A stretch of DNA of 46,023 bases from an uncultured Thermoplasmatales archaeon (GTDB taxonomy: Archaea; Thermoplasmatota; E2; DHVEG-1). Below, piece after piece: positions 9,158 to 21,303 of the stretch; positions within the stretch are counted from its first letter, which is position 1, and each line of letters starts with the position of its first letter. The notes below the pieces were generated by a model. It ran no database searches and was not told the DNA's origin. It worked only from the letters and a program-made list of their open reading frames with translations. A program made the position numbers and the translations under genes. The stretch covers positions 1 through 46,023 of the forward strand of contig CAZXHI010000041.1 of the NCBI GenBank assembly GCA_964640555.1, written 5' to 3'.

Positions 9158-9862
9158 TCAATACACTTTACAAGTTTCACTGCAGCTTTCACAGATTCTT
9201 GCGTGTTGCCAGTTTGAGAGTTGAATCCGGGTATCCAGAAATAGAAACGAAATGATTATACTTAGTATGCCATAGATATTGTTTCCTGTAATTTCAAATA
9301 TGCTAATGGTAACTAGAAAGAAACTTAAAACCAGAAGAATGTTGGATATAACGTGAACAACTGCATGTCTTATTGGAAGCATTATTTCTACATATGCAAG
9401 TCCAATTATGATTAAACCAAGAAAGACAACATAATAAAATCCATTTGCCGCATTTTCTCTAATAATGGCCATATAGATAATTGTTAAGGCAATTGATATT
9501 ATTGAACCTATTGAAAGACCAAGACAGCCTGCACACAAAGTTTTATTTTTTATTCCAATTGTATGACTCTGAAAATTGCCGCAATCTGGATGATGACCTT
9601 TGTATTTTCTAGTTATTTTTCTAGATTTTTCGCTATTTAGATGATGAGCTGCATGTTTGGTTAATCTTCTGAACCATCGAGGATATAATGCCAGTGAGAT
9701 ACCAAATATACAGCTTATGATAAACACTCCACTGACGAATAATTTATCATATATCTCAATAGTAGTTGTGTTTAAAGGGCTTAAAAAAATCAATATTAAA
9801 AGTAGAACTGCTGCGGCAATTGAAAGAATAATGTAATAAAAAATATTCTTATTTTGTTTCAA
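9158..9862 (-). CDS. Polytopic (about 6 TM) Cys-rich membrane protein, DUF2085-like pattern
   Basis: 234 aa. Loop HHPDCGNFQSHTIGIKNKTLCAGCLG, followed by a TM helix. C-terminal CESCSETC. The TTG start (9862-9860) overlaps the TGA stop of the upstream radical SAM gene (TTGA). Confidence 0.5.
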   Translation of the reverse strand: MKQNKNIFYYIILSIAAAVLLLILIFLSPLNTTTIEIYDKLFVSGVFIISCIFGISLALYPRWFRRLTKHAAHHLNSEKSRKITRKYKGHHPDCGNFQSHTIGIKNKTLCAGCLGLSIGSIISIALTIIYMAIIRENAANGFYYVVFLGLIIIGLAYVEIMLPIRHAVVHVISNILLVLSFFLVTISIFEITGNNIYGILSIIISFLFLDTRIQLSNWQHARICESCSETCKVY

Positions 9863-11292
9863 ATCAGGCCCCTGAATTTCTTCAACACGTGCTGTCCAGC
9901 CATATGGCGGTACAGTGTTCTTTTAAGCTTGTTTTTTGAAAATACTCCCGCTATATTCTTCATATAGGATCCATAAAATGTATGATAGCATTTCCATAGC
10001 TCCTGTTGAACCTCTTTTCTTGTTAGTGTTTCAGTTGGCATTATTGCATGTGCCATGTCATAGTTTGCATAATTTGTGTCTTCTATCCATCCGTTTTTCT
10101 TTGCAGTTTCATAGTATGCCGTGCCTGGAAATGGTGTAAGAGCAGTATATATCACAAAATCTGATTCTATATCTATTGAGAACTGTTTTAGACGTTCTAT
10201 GGATTCCACCGTGTCTCGTCTGGTACCAATGACAAACATTGCATGTGAGAATATATCGTTGTCATTCAGAAGTTTCATTGCTGTATATGCGTCTTGTGCA
10301 CTTGATCCCTTTTTAAATTCTTGAAGTGTTGCGGCTGAATCAGTTTCAACACCGCACATAACCCAGTAATTGCCGACTTCACGTAGCTTTGAAACCAACT
10401 CAGGATTTCTTGCAACATCATCGGTTCGTGCCTGTAAAAACAGCATGATTTCTTCTTTACATTTACGATGTTTTAATTCTTTATATAATGCCTTTCCCCG
10501 CACGCTATATTTGAAATGATCATCGGTGAGCCAGAGAAAAACTCCCCCGTATGTTTCGTTGAGATGTTCAATTTCATCTGCTATACGTTTTACTGATTTT
10601 GTTCTCCAAACACCGTCCCAGTGTTTCCATTGTGTACAAAATGTGCACCTATGGTCGCATCCTCTTGCCCCTTCCAATATCATATATCTAGTGTTTCTTC
10701 CAGCCATCATAGTAAAATGATAGTGTTTAATGTAATCTTCAATGAGATGATATGCAGGATAAGGTAGGCTGTCAAGGTTTTTAATAAGGGGACGTGGTGG
10801 TGTGTGAATGATTTTTTCTTTATGCCTAAATGATATTCCTTTTACTTGCACTATGTTTTTTCCATTGTTTAATGTCTTGATCAATTCTACAAGTGTTAGC
10901 TCGCCTTCTCCCCTTACAATGATGTCAATTTCGGGAAAATCAATGAGTGATTCCTCTGGAATAAATGAGAAATGTATGCCACCAACAATTGTAACAATGC
11001 CTTCGCTTACCTTTTTTGCTATCTCTGAAGTTCGTGCACATGGATATGCAGTACTTGTAAATCCCGAGCTTAGTACTATTGATGGTGAATATGATTCAAT
11101 ATATTTTTCAAGACTTGCCCAGTCCATCCTTTCTGCTTGGCAGTCGAGTATATCTATCTCTATATCTGGTAATTCTCGTTCTATGTATGCTGCAAGTATA
11201 AGTAGTGATGTAGGTGGTGGAAGATATTCCCCCATTACAAACCAGTAATTTTTTGGTGGTTCAACAAACAATATTTTTGATACCCTCATCAT
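9859..11292 (-). CDS. B12-binding-domain radical SAM enzyme (class B), substrate unknown
   Basis: 477 aa. N-terminal Rossmann-like cobalamin-binding region (ILFVEPP...IVLSSGFTSTAYP...IVGGIH). Radical SAM cluster motif GCDHRCTFC (C-x3-C-x2-C). Confidence 0.8.
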   Translation of the reverse strand: MMRVSKILFVEPPKNYWFVMGEYLPPPTSLLILAAYIERELPDIEIDILDCQAERMDWASLEKYIESYSPSIVLSSGFTSTAYPCARTSEIAKKVSEGIVTIVGGIHFSFIPEESLIDFPEIDIIVRGEGELTLVELIKTLNNGKNIVQVKGISFRHKEKIIHTPPRPLIKNLDSLPYPAYHLIEDYIKHYHFTMMAGRNTRYMILEGARGCDHRCTFCTQWKHWDGVWRTKSVKRIADEIEHLNETYGGVFLWLTDDHFKYSVRGKALYKELKHRKCKEEIMLFLQARTDDVARNPELVSKLREVGNYWVMCGVETDSAATLQEFKKGSSAQDAYTAMKLLNDNDIFSHAMFVIGTRRDTVESIERLKQFSIDIESDFVIYTALTPFPGTAYYETAKKNGWIEDTNYANYDMAHAIMPTETLTRKEVQQELWKCYHTFYGSYMKNIAGVFSKNKLKRTLYRHMAGQHVLKKFRGLI

Positions 11293-11402
11293 TCCCCATT
11301 TTGGATATAATTCAGAAACTGTTAAAATAGGTTGTTATCAGAAAAACAACTATTGTGCTTGATACTAATTGGTTTCAATAGTTTTCTATAGATTGTTAAT
11401 TT

Positions 11403-11897
11403 TTAAGAGTAAGTGTGCGTTGTTTCAAATTCTTGTGAGAATGTAATGAGGCCAAATAGGACATTTCCATTTATGTTTCCGCTAATATTTAGATCAAATT
11501 TACCTTCCGTTATAACGTTTTTAATCACATCTACGGCTGCAACTGCTAAACCACTTATGGTTATTGATACGTCCTTCTCACTTTGAGCGTGCGCAGGTAT
11601 AAATACATTGGAAAAACCACCTTCTCCAATATAGTTATCCTCGATATAGATGTCAAACGTGGATGAAAGTCCAGAGATATCTTGGTCAGTTGGATTGTAT
11701 ATATTTGCATCTAGTTTCAATTTAAAAGTAAAAGATGTGAATTTTACATCTGTAATATCTACATCATTTATGGTTACTTCAATACTACTCATGGCTGCAA
11801 CATCAGCAAAATAAATATAACCTAAAAAACCTGAGACCGACAAGATTATCGCTAGGATGATTGCAGCTATTACATTTTTTTCAGTCATTTTTCCCAT
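11403..11897 (-). CDS. Membrane-anchored LEA type 2 / WHy-domain (desiccation-related) protein
   Basis: N-terminal TM helix VIAAIILAIILSVSGFLGYI. The beta-rich domain ...FKLKLDANIYNPTDQDISGLSSTFDIYIEDNYIGEG... is typical of the LEA_2 fold. Confidence 0.6.
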   Translation of the reverse strand: MGKMTEKNVIAAIILAIILSVSGFLGYIYFADVAAMSSIEVTINDVDITDVKFTSFTFKLKLDANIYNPTDQDISGLSSTFDIYIEDNYIGEGGFSNVFIPAHAQSEKDVSITISGLAVAAVDVIKNVITEGKFDLNISGNINGNVLFGLITFSQEFETTHTYS

Positions 11898-11903
11898 TTT
11901 AAT

Positions 11904-12020
11904 TTATGTCCACAAGTCGATAATTTCTATGTTTCTATTTCCACAATTAGGACATTTTATTTTTCTTTCTTTTCCGCCAAAGAAAAGAGTCCTGCATTTC
12001 TTACATCTGTATCTTATCAT
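11904..12020 (-). CDS. 38-aa zinc-ribbon mini-protein (below the ORF-track cut-off)
   Basis: Read by hand: MIRYRCKKCRTLFFGGKERKIKCPNCGNRNIEIIDLWT*, with two C-x2-C knuckles. Its stop is 6 nt before the LEA start codon. Confidence 0.45.
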   Translation of the reverse strand: MIRYRCKKCRTLFFGGKERKIKCPNCGNRNIEIIDLWT

Positions 12021-12084
12021 TTATCATATTTTCAATTGTTAAATGACGTTCTTTCGTGATTTGTGCGGGTATTTTGCTATTGTT

Positions 12085-12522
12085 TTATCTTACAATCATA
12101 ACAGGGCAAGAAGCATGATGTGCGACATTCTCAGTAACACTGCCTAAGAATATCCTTTCAAGAGCAGTCGATCCTTTACTCCCAATTACAATCAGGTCAT
12201 TCTTTTTTGCTTCTTTTATAATCTCTTCGGCTGGGTGGCCTTCTACGAGCTTTTTTGAGACCTTAACTCCCATCTTTTTCCCCATTTTTTCTATTTCATC
12301 GAGATAGAACTGCCCATTCTTCTGGAGAAATTTGTGCATTTCGTCATAGGATATTGCATCTTGATATCCATAGAGGCCTGGCAAGCCAGGAGTGTTTATT
12401 ACATGTATTGCTACAACTTCCAAACCACTAGTTTTTGCAAGAACGAGAGCTTTTTTCCCTGCTTTTTTCGCTATTTTAGACCCATCGATTGGTAGTATTA
12501 TCCTTCCAAACTCATTTTTCAT
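12085..12522 (-). CDS. Universal stress protein (UspA family)
   Basis: 145 aa. ILPIDGS...AIHV...LIVIGSKG....ERIFLGSVTENVAHHASCPVMIV is the classic Usp signature. Confidence 0.85.
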   Translation of the reverse strand: MKNEFGRIILPIDGSKIAKKAGKKALVLAKTSGLEVVAIHVINTPGLPGLYGYQDAISYDEMHKFLQKNGQFYLDEIEKMGKKMGVKVSKKLVEGHPAEEIIKEAKKNDLIVIGSKGSTALERIFLGSVTENVAHHASCPVMIVR

Positions 12523-12628
12523 TAAATTGTTTAATTCCGTGCTTAAACTTAAAAGTTTCTGAAAATGTTCAATTTTGCAACTTTTTTTGCATTTAATGGA
12601 AAAACCATAGTTTTATCAAATTGACTAC

Positions 12629-13027
12629 TTAAATCAGATTTAACTTCTTCTTCATCGTTTCAAGCCAAGAGGGTAAGCCTTCAAGAGTCCGAATCATTAC
12701 ATTTTTAGCAAACAATTCCCTGTATTTTGTATTACAATTAACCCGTCCTTCAAGATTTCTCTTGATTATCCGGCATAGATAACCCCCTTTTCTATCCCAA
12801 TCAGTAAGAATAATTATATCTGTATGCTCTTGGGCAATCTTATCACAAAAATCGATTAGGGGTACTCCGGCATTGACACTAATGATTGACCCACTGATAT
12901 CCAGTTTACGAAGAGCTTCTATATCTTTTTTCCCTTCAACAATAATTGGAATAGATATATTTTCTTCTCCCAACTCAGCAATGATTTTTTCAAGATCTTC
13001 AATTGATTTTTTAAAATCCATAACCAT
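12629..13027 (-). CDS. Small Toprim-domain protein (RNase M5 / small primase-like)
   Basis: IIVEGKKDIEALRKL (Toprim Glu) and IILTDWDRKGG (DxD). 132 aa. Confidence 0.7.
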   Translation of the reverse strand: MVMDFKKSIEDLEKIIAELGEENISIPIIVEGKKDIEALRKLDISGSIISVNAGVPLIDFCDKIAQEHTDIIILTDWDRKGGYLCRIIKRNLEGRVNCNTKYRELFAKNVMIRTLEGLPSWLETMKKKLNLI

Positions 13028-13076
13028 AATTATTACATATTTAGTTTTTTATTAGCTGTCTGGGTTATTTGACATC

Positions 13077-15308
<2,232 letters not shown>

Positions 15309-17165
15309 TTACTTCACCTTCTCAGGTTTATCTAGCATCATGTATGCTATATCGTCCCATGGATGCCTGTATAATCCTGTTTTAAGTCTCTTCTGATCCA
15401 TTATATGCCCCATAAACCCAATACTGCGTCCTAGGACAAATAGAGCATTAAGTGTTCCAAGTGCGACAAAATCTTTAACTTCTTCTTTTGTGTAACCTAT
15501 ACTTCTAAACATATCACAACAAAGGATTCCTATGCAACCATCAACATTTAGTATGAGATTTCCTCGTTTGGATGTTGTAATTTTTTCTACTTCTAATGCA
15601 TAGTCAAGATATTCTGTTGTTGGAAAGTTCTTCTTAGCATAAGCCGTGAGTAATGTTACACGTACATCAGGGTTTGTCACACTTTTTATTCTGTGTCCTA
15701 TTCCTTGGATGTTGATATTTTTGTTTTTCATATCTTTAACCATGAATGCTGGGCTATGTCCATTATCACAGTAAGATGTGAAATGTTCCGCAGATCCTTT
15801 TACTGCTCCACCGAACCGTGGACCAATAGTTAGTAAACCGCTGACAAGTGAGGAAACAAGATCTTTCCCAGCCCTTGCTGTAACAATTGAGTTATGGGCA
15901 CCAGATACTGCTGGTCCATGATCTGCTGTTAGCAGTACCACCATTTCAAGGAAATCAGTACACCATTTTGGTAGATCTTTTTTGAACCATAGCAGTCCTA
16001 GTACACCGCCAAGACCATAGTTTTTTTCAAAGATTTTACTAATTGGTACTCCACAATATAGAAGCTCTTCGCCACGGTCATCAGAAATTGTGCTGATGAA
16101 CTCTGCAGGTTTACGGATGATTCCATCACGTATTGCTACTTTGTAATCAATTGGTATTTTTGGCGGTTCAACATCTGGTCGGGGTTTGATTCTACCAGCT
16201 TTAACTTCTTTGTCAAATGTCTGTTTGATTTTTTTATCAAAATCTTCGAAACTATTTGGAACAATTGCTCCTGCTTCTTCTAGTGCTTTGTTCTTTGCAT
16301 CAGCTGTTTCACGTGCAGCACCTGCTCGTGCGCCAGCATGACCAAATTGTACTTCTGCAGGAAATACCTTTGAGCATGTTCCAATACACCATGCTACTAG
16401 TGGTTTTTTGATTTTACCATTTTTAAGCAGGTCTACTACTACGTATTCATCCGCTCCGCCGACTTCTCCCAGTAGTACTATCATTTTGATTTCTGGATTT
16501 TTCTCATAACGCTGTATGTGGTCGATAAATGTAGATCCTGGATAACGATCTCCGCCTATTGCTACTCCTTCATAGACCCCATCAGTATTCCGAGCTATAA
16601 TATTGTTAAGTTCATTACTTAGTCCACCAGATTTTGATACATATGCTACGCTACCTGGTCGATGTAGTTTACATGCGACAATGTTATCAAGCATACCTGC
16701 AGTATTTCCAATTCTGAATGCTCCTCCAGCAATTCCTCCAACTGTTGCAGGACCTATTATCCATTTGTTATTTTCTTTTGCAATTTTTACAAGTTGCCTT
16801 GCACGACGTTCTGGTACTCCTTCTGCAATTATTGCAACTGTTCGTATGGTTTTTGTTTCAAGCGCTTCTTTTGATGTTTCATAGGCCGATCTGAAGGATG
16901 CAAAGTTTACCATTACATCCGCCTCTTTATGTTTTGATGTTGCTTCTTTTAGGGTTTTATACATTGGTATCATGATTTCTTTTGTACCCCAGAAACATTT
17001 ATGGTATCCTTCACGTGTTGGGTTAACTATACATGTAACACTTGGTTCTTCACGTCGGCAAATATAGTCAAAGTCAAGCATACGTTGAATCGCGTTTTGT
17101 TGATAACCAAACACAATTGCTTTAGTATTTTTATCAAAAAGTAGGTATTCTGGTCTGTTTTTCAT
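15309..17165 (-). CDS. aclA: ATP-citrate lyase alpha (large) subunit
   Basis: 618 aa. CoA-ligase domain with catalytic His in VQFGHAGARAG. C-terminal citrate-synthase-like domain (LTADHGPAVSGAHN...GHRIK). Confidence 0.9.
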   Translation of the reverse strand: MKNRPEYLLFDKNTKAIVFGYQQNAIQRMLDFDYICRREEPSVTCIVNPTREGYHKCFWGTKEIMIPMYKTLKEATSKHKEADVMVNFASFRSAYETSKEALETKTIRTVAIIAEGVPERRARQLVKIAKENNKWIIGPATVGGIAGGAFRIGNTAGMLDNIVACKLHRPGSVAYVSKSGGLSNELNNIIARNTDGVYEGVAIGGDRYPGSTFIDHIQRYEKNPEIKMIVLLGEVGGADEYVVVDLLKNGKIKKPLVAWCIGTCSKVFPAEVQFGHAGARAGAARETADAKNKALEEAGAIVPNSFEDFDKKIKQTFDKEVKAGRIKPRPDVEPPKIPIDYKVAIRDGIIRKPAEFISTISDDRGEELLYCGVPISKIFEKNYGLGGVLGLLWFKKDLPKWCTDFLEMVVLLTADHGPAVSGAHNSIVTARAGKDLVSSLVSGLLTIGPRFGGAVKGSAEHFTSYCDNGHSPAFMVKDMKNKNINIQGIGHRIKSVTNPDVRVTLLTAYAKKNFPTTEYLDYALEVEKITTSKRGNLILNVDGCIGILCCDMFRSIGYTKEEVKDFVALGTLNALFVLGRSIGFMGHIMDQKRLKTGLYRHPWDDIAYMMLDKPEKVK

Positions 17166-17167
17166 AT

Positions 17168-18445
17168 TTATTTCCCTCCTTCAACTGCCATGGGAACAAT
17201 ACGCGTCATATGTGTCTCTGGCCCGTAGACTTCTATAGGCAGTCCCAATTCTTCACCAAGTTTTTTCATAATCTTAAGTCCTTCTTGGTAGTTGGGTCCT
17301 CCACGTCGTACATATATTTTTACATCTATTTCTTGTAGTTTTTTCTTGTATTCTGTTAGTGCCATTTTTATTCCTGCAAAAGTTTTTGCAACATCAGTAA
17401 AATTAGCTATTCCTCCACCAACTATCAAAAACTTTGGTTTACCTTTAGGTGCTTTTTCACGTGTCATCAAGTCAAGAACGGTTTTTGCATATTGATATGT
17501 GAATTCTTTGTTTGGGTTACCACTATATTCACCATAGTTTGCAAGTTCTTCTTTATAACCTAAATCAACAATTGTATCAGCATAAATAACACTAGCTCCA
17601 CCACCAGCAACCATTGTCCAAATACGACCCTTTGGGTTGAGTATTGTTAGTTTAAGTGATGCACCTGTTTTCGCATCAAGTTCTTTAATGTAGTATTCTT
17701 CTTTTGAAAGTTCACGTCCAAATGGTGCAGGAAAGCTTAGATCCCCCCATTTTGACTGACATTCAAAATAAGCAGTGTCATCAATTCTTGCAACTAGATC
17801 AAGTGGTACGATTTTGTTATCAGTTATTGCAAATGGGTTGATTTCAAGATAAGCATATCCAAGATCTGCATAGAATTTGAACAACCCACGGATGAACTCT
17901 ATAATCATTTTTTTGTTTTCTTTAGCAGTGTCCTTTGGTAGTTTTGACTCAATGTTTATCTTATCAATGTCATCATTTATTCCAACGTGAATTTCTGCAA
18001 CAGTATCCCAGACACTTTCTATATCTACTCCACCATGGTTACTGAAATATATTGTGTCACCATCACGATTGCTCTTAATTGCAATATAGTACTCACCTTT
18101 GTGTGGTATGAATGGTTCTATAATAAAATGTGTGAGAGTACCTGTTACTTTTCCAACTTTGGTGTCTTTGTTCATTCGTTCTTCGATCCATTTTTTCGCA
18201 TCATCAAAACTCGCATCTATTTTTATTAGACCATGTTTCCCCCGCTTTCCAAACAACTGATCTGGTTTTATTACAAGTTTTTCTTTTTTAAGCCATGGAT
18301 GTTTTTTTGCAAGAGCATCCATGTTTGTTTCCGGGCCAACTAATGCTACTTTACCAGGATAACTAAAATCTTTACTAACATAATCAACCCAGTATTTGGC
18401 TAGCATTTTTTTAGCATCAAATTCTCTTATGCCTCTTTGTGCCAT
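17168..18445 (-). CDS. aclB: ATP-citrate lyase beta (small, ATP-grasp) subunit
   Basis: 425 aa. MAQRGIREFDAKKMLAKYW..., an ATP-grasp succinyl-CoA-synthetase-beta-like fold. 2-nt gap to aclA. Confidence 0.9.
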   Translation of the reverse strand: MAQRGIREFDAKKMLAKYWVDYVSKDFSYPGKVALVGPETNMDALAKKHPWLKKEKLVIKPDQLFGKRGKHGLIKIDASFDDAKKWIEERMNKDTKVGKVTGTLTHFIIEPFIPHKGEYYIAIKSNRDGDTIYFSNHGGVDIESVWDTVAEIHVGINDDIDKINIESKLPKDTAKENKKMIIEFIRGLFKFYADLGYAYLEINPFAITDNKIVPLDLVARIDDTAYFECQSKWGDLSFPAPFGRELSKEEYYIKELDAKTGASLKLTILNPKGRIWTMVAGGGASVIYADTIVDLGYKEELANYGEYSGNPNKEFTYQYAKTVLDLMTREKAPKGKPKFLIVGGGIANFTDVAKTFAGIKMALTEYKKKLQEIDVKIYVRRGGPNYQEGLKIMKKLGEELGLPIEVYGPETHMTRIVPMAVEGGK

Positions 18446-18465
18446 ATTTTTTTACCTCCCATTTT

Positions 18466-20415
18466 TTATTTAGCCTGTTTCTTCATATAGGCAAGTGTAC
18501 CACCTGCCAGTAAAATCATTTTCTGTCTTTCGGAAAGATCATAAGTAACTTCAAATTCTGTCCCTTTAGTTTTATTTTCTACAACTATTGTTCCTCCGTC
18601 TTTAAGTCTCTTTTTTACATTTGGTATCTCCAGTTCATCTCCCTGATCAATTCCTTCATAATCTTTTTCGTTTTTGAAATTTAGAGGAATTATTCCAAAG
18701 TTTATTAGATTTGCATTATGAATCCTCTCAAGTGACTTAGCTATAACTGCCTTTACTCCCATGTACATCGGGCAAAGCGCCGCATGCTCCCTCGAAGAAC
18801 CTTGGCCATAGCTGAGTCCAGCTACGATAATATTGTGTTTTCCACTATCTCGAATTTTTTCAGCTCGATCATGAAATGCCGGATCTACAACCTCAAATAA
18901 AAACTCGGAATATTTGGGAACATTTGATCTATATTTCATCTTACTTCCAGCAGGTATAATATGATCTGTGGTGATTTTGTCTTCTACCTTAATTGTTACT
19001 TCCCCAGCAATCGTTTCTGACATTGGATCACTTGCAGGCGGGTCGCCAATATTTGGTCCTCTATATATTTCGATTTTTTCTGGATGATCCGATGGTTTTA
19101 GGAACATACTGTCATCAATATAGAACCTCTCAGGCATCTTTATATCTGGATATTTTATCCCCATTTTTTCAAGATCACGTGGATCAGTCATCTTGCCAGT
19201 GATTACTGCTGCTGCTGCGGTTTCAGGGCTTACAAGATAGGCTTGTGCACTTTTTGTTCCAGAACGACCAAGAAAATTACGATTGCTCGTTCTAAGTGTT
19301 ACTGCATCGGTTTTTGGTGACTGGCTATTGCCTATGCAAAAACCACATGCTAATTCCGCAATACGTGCACCTACAGATATTAAATCATTAAGTGCGCCTT
19401 CCCGTGCAATATTTTCCAGTACTTGTTTTGATCCAGGTGCGATAACAAAACTTACGTTAGGATGAGATTTCTTGCCCATTAATATCCGTGCAACAGTCAT
19501 CAGATCCTTATAAGATGAATTAGTGCAACTTCCAAGACACACCTGATCAACTTCCATTCCATCTAATTCTTTAACTGTTTTGATATTGCCGGGACTATGT
19601 GGATACGCCGTGAGAGGAACGATTTCCCCTAAATCGATATCGACTACCTTGTCATACTCTGCGTCAGAATCGGCCTTGAGTTCAACCCAATCTTTCTCGC
19701 GATCTTGGGCCTTTAGGAATGCCTTGGTCGTTTCGTCACTTGGAAAGACAGAAGTAGTAACACCACACTCTGCACCCATATTAGTAATCGTTGCTCTCTC
19801 AGGTACAGATAATGTTTTTACTCCTTCTCCACCATACTCAAACACACAACCAACGTTTCCCTTAGTGGTAAACATCTCCAACATCTTAAGAACGACATCC
19901 TTTGCAGCAACCCATGGTTTGAGTTTTCCGTGTAAATTAACCTTAATCACCTTTGGGCAAGTCAGATAAAACGGACCACCGCCCATTGCCACGGCCACAT
20001 CAAGACCACCGGCACCAATAGCAATCATGCCAACTCCGCCACCAGTTGGTGTATGGGAATCGCTTCCAAGCAATGTTTTTCCCGGTCTACCAAAACGCTC
20101 TAAATGTACCTGATGGCAAATCCCATTGCCAGCACGTGAATAAATAATCCCATATTTTGCTGCTACACTTTGAAGATACTTATGGTCATCTGCATTCTCA
20201 AAACCAATCTGAACAGTATTGTGATCAACATAACTAACTGACAACTCTGTCTTGACACGTGGAACTCCCATAGCTTCAAATTGAAGATATGCCATAGTAC
20301 CAGTTGCATCCTGAGTCAACGTTTGATCGATTTTAATGGCGATCTCCTTACCGGGTTCATACTTACCTTTCACAATGTGCTTTTCTAAAATCTTTTGAAC
20401 TATACCTTTTCCCAT
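18466..20415 (-). CDS. acn: Aconitate hydratase (short ~650-aa type)
   Basis: GSDSHT, CLGSCTNSS, NRNFLGRSG and a C-terminal swivel domain with GLSYGQGSSREHAA. Confidence 0.9.
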   Translation of the reverse strand: MGKGIVQKILEKHIVKGKYEPGKEIAIKIDQTLTQDATGTMAYLQFEAMGVPRVKTELSVSYVDHNTVQIGFENADDHKYLQSVAAKYGIIYSRAGNGICHQVHLERFGRPGKTLLGSDSHTPTGGGVGMIAIGAGGLDVAVAMGGGPFYLTCPKVIKVNLHGKLKPWVAAKDVVLKMLEMFTTKGNVGCVFEYGGEGVKTLSVPERATITNMGAECGVTTSVFPSDETTKAFLKAQDREKDWVELKADSDAEYDKVVDIDLGEIVPLTAYPHSPGNIKTVKELDGMEVDQVCLGSCTNSSYKDLMTVARILMGKKSHPNVSFVIAPGSKQVLENIAREGALNDLISVGARIAELACGFCIGNSQSPKTDAVTLRTSNRNFLGRSGTKSAQAYLVSPETAAAAVITGKMTDPRDLEKMGIKYPDIKMPERFYIDDSMFLKPSDHPEKIEIYRGPNIGDPPASDPMSETIAGEVTIKVEDKITTDHIIPAGSKMKYRSNVPKYSEFLFEVVDPAFHDRAEKIRDSGKHNIIVAGLSYGQGSSREHAALCPMYMGVKAVIAKSLERIHNANLINFGIIPLNFKNEKDYEGIDQGDELEIPNVKKRLKDGGTIVVENKTKGTEFEVTYDLSERQKMILLAGGTLAYMKKQAK

Positions 20416-20582
20416 ATGAACAGACCTCCCCGTTTATTGCTTTGTTATAGGGTATTATCGGTAATTATAGAATTAATACTTAAACTATTTGTAAGAATTT
20501 GTACAAAATTACTTATACCCCAAATATATTTCAGGCAAATCCCCATCATATATAAAAGATATAAAATAGGGAGGAAAAGAAT

Positions 20583-21275
20583 ATGTTAATGATAGTAAGA
20601 TTATATCCAAAAACAGACCTAAGTAGAGTATGGAACTATGTCGAAAATGAAATTAAAAACGACCCGTCAAAACCAATTACACCGTTGTATGCTACTCAGT
20701 CAGAAGGAATGATGAATGTAGGCGTAATTTTTGATGTAGAGCATTCAGATGACATAGCGCATTTTATCACAGAAGAAATTGTCAAATGTGATGAAGTTCA
20801 TCATACAAAAACAGTATCACTTATGAAACCAGTGTTTTTCCCAATTCCAAAAAGGAAACCTGAAAATATCCAAAGATATATAATACGTGTCTATGCCCAT
20901 CCGCGAGATTACAAGAATGTCTATGATCATTTGGTTGACCATAAATATCCCTTCAATCTTTTCCCAATCTATATTTCGTATTCTCTTGGTGACGAGGATC
21001 TAATTATGAGTGTTGCTGCTGATTCAAAGGAGACGGTTAATAAATTCCTTAGAGAACATATTAGAACTCTGGATGGCGTTGATCAATCTTCATTCTATCC
21101 AGTTTTTAGAGCTAAACGATTTGCTCCCCTTGAGCAACTGATAGAAAAGCAGGAAAAACATCTTTCTAAGCGGGCAAAGAAAACGCCCAAGAATGACATT
21201 GATTACGAATTTGACTGGGTTGAAAACTTTGAGGAATATGCAAAATTAACAGGAGCGTTTCCTGGGGATTACTAA
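20583..21275 (+). CDS. Hypothetical protein with tandem Lrp/AsnC-ligand-binding (RAM)-like alpha/beta modules and no HTH
   Basis: 230 aa. The second half, YIIRVYAH...[37 protein letters not shown], resembles the AsnC C-terminal domain, and the first half has the same beta-alpha-beta-beta-alpha-beta rhythm. GGGAGG lies upstream of the ATG. Confidence 0.3.
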   Translation: MLMIVRLYPKTDLSRVWNYVENEIKNDPSKPITPLYATQSEGMMNVGVIFDVEHSDDIAHFITEEIVKCDEVHHTKTVSLMKPVFFPIPKRKPENIQRYIIRVYAHPRDYKNVYDHLVDHKYPFNLFPIYISYSLGDEDLIMSVAADSKETVNKFLREHIRTLDGVDQSSFYPVFRAKRFAPLEQLIEKQEKHLSKRAKKTPKNDIDYEFDWVENFEEYAKLTGAFPGDY

Positions 21276-21303
21276 AATACAGTTTGATTTCAAAGGTGGA
21301 AAT

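Noticed and set aside
11904-12020. The 38-aa Zn-ribbon as RNA polymerase subunit P (RpoP/Rpb12).
   Set aside because: It shares the YRC..C ... CP.CG pattern. However, it is shorter than typical RpoP, lacks the basic C-terminal tail and the conserved Arg before the second knuckle, and sits in a stress-gene context.
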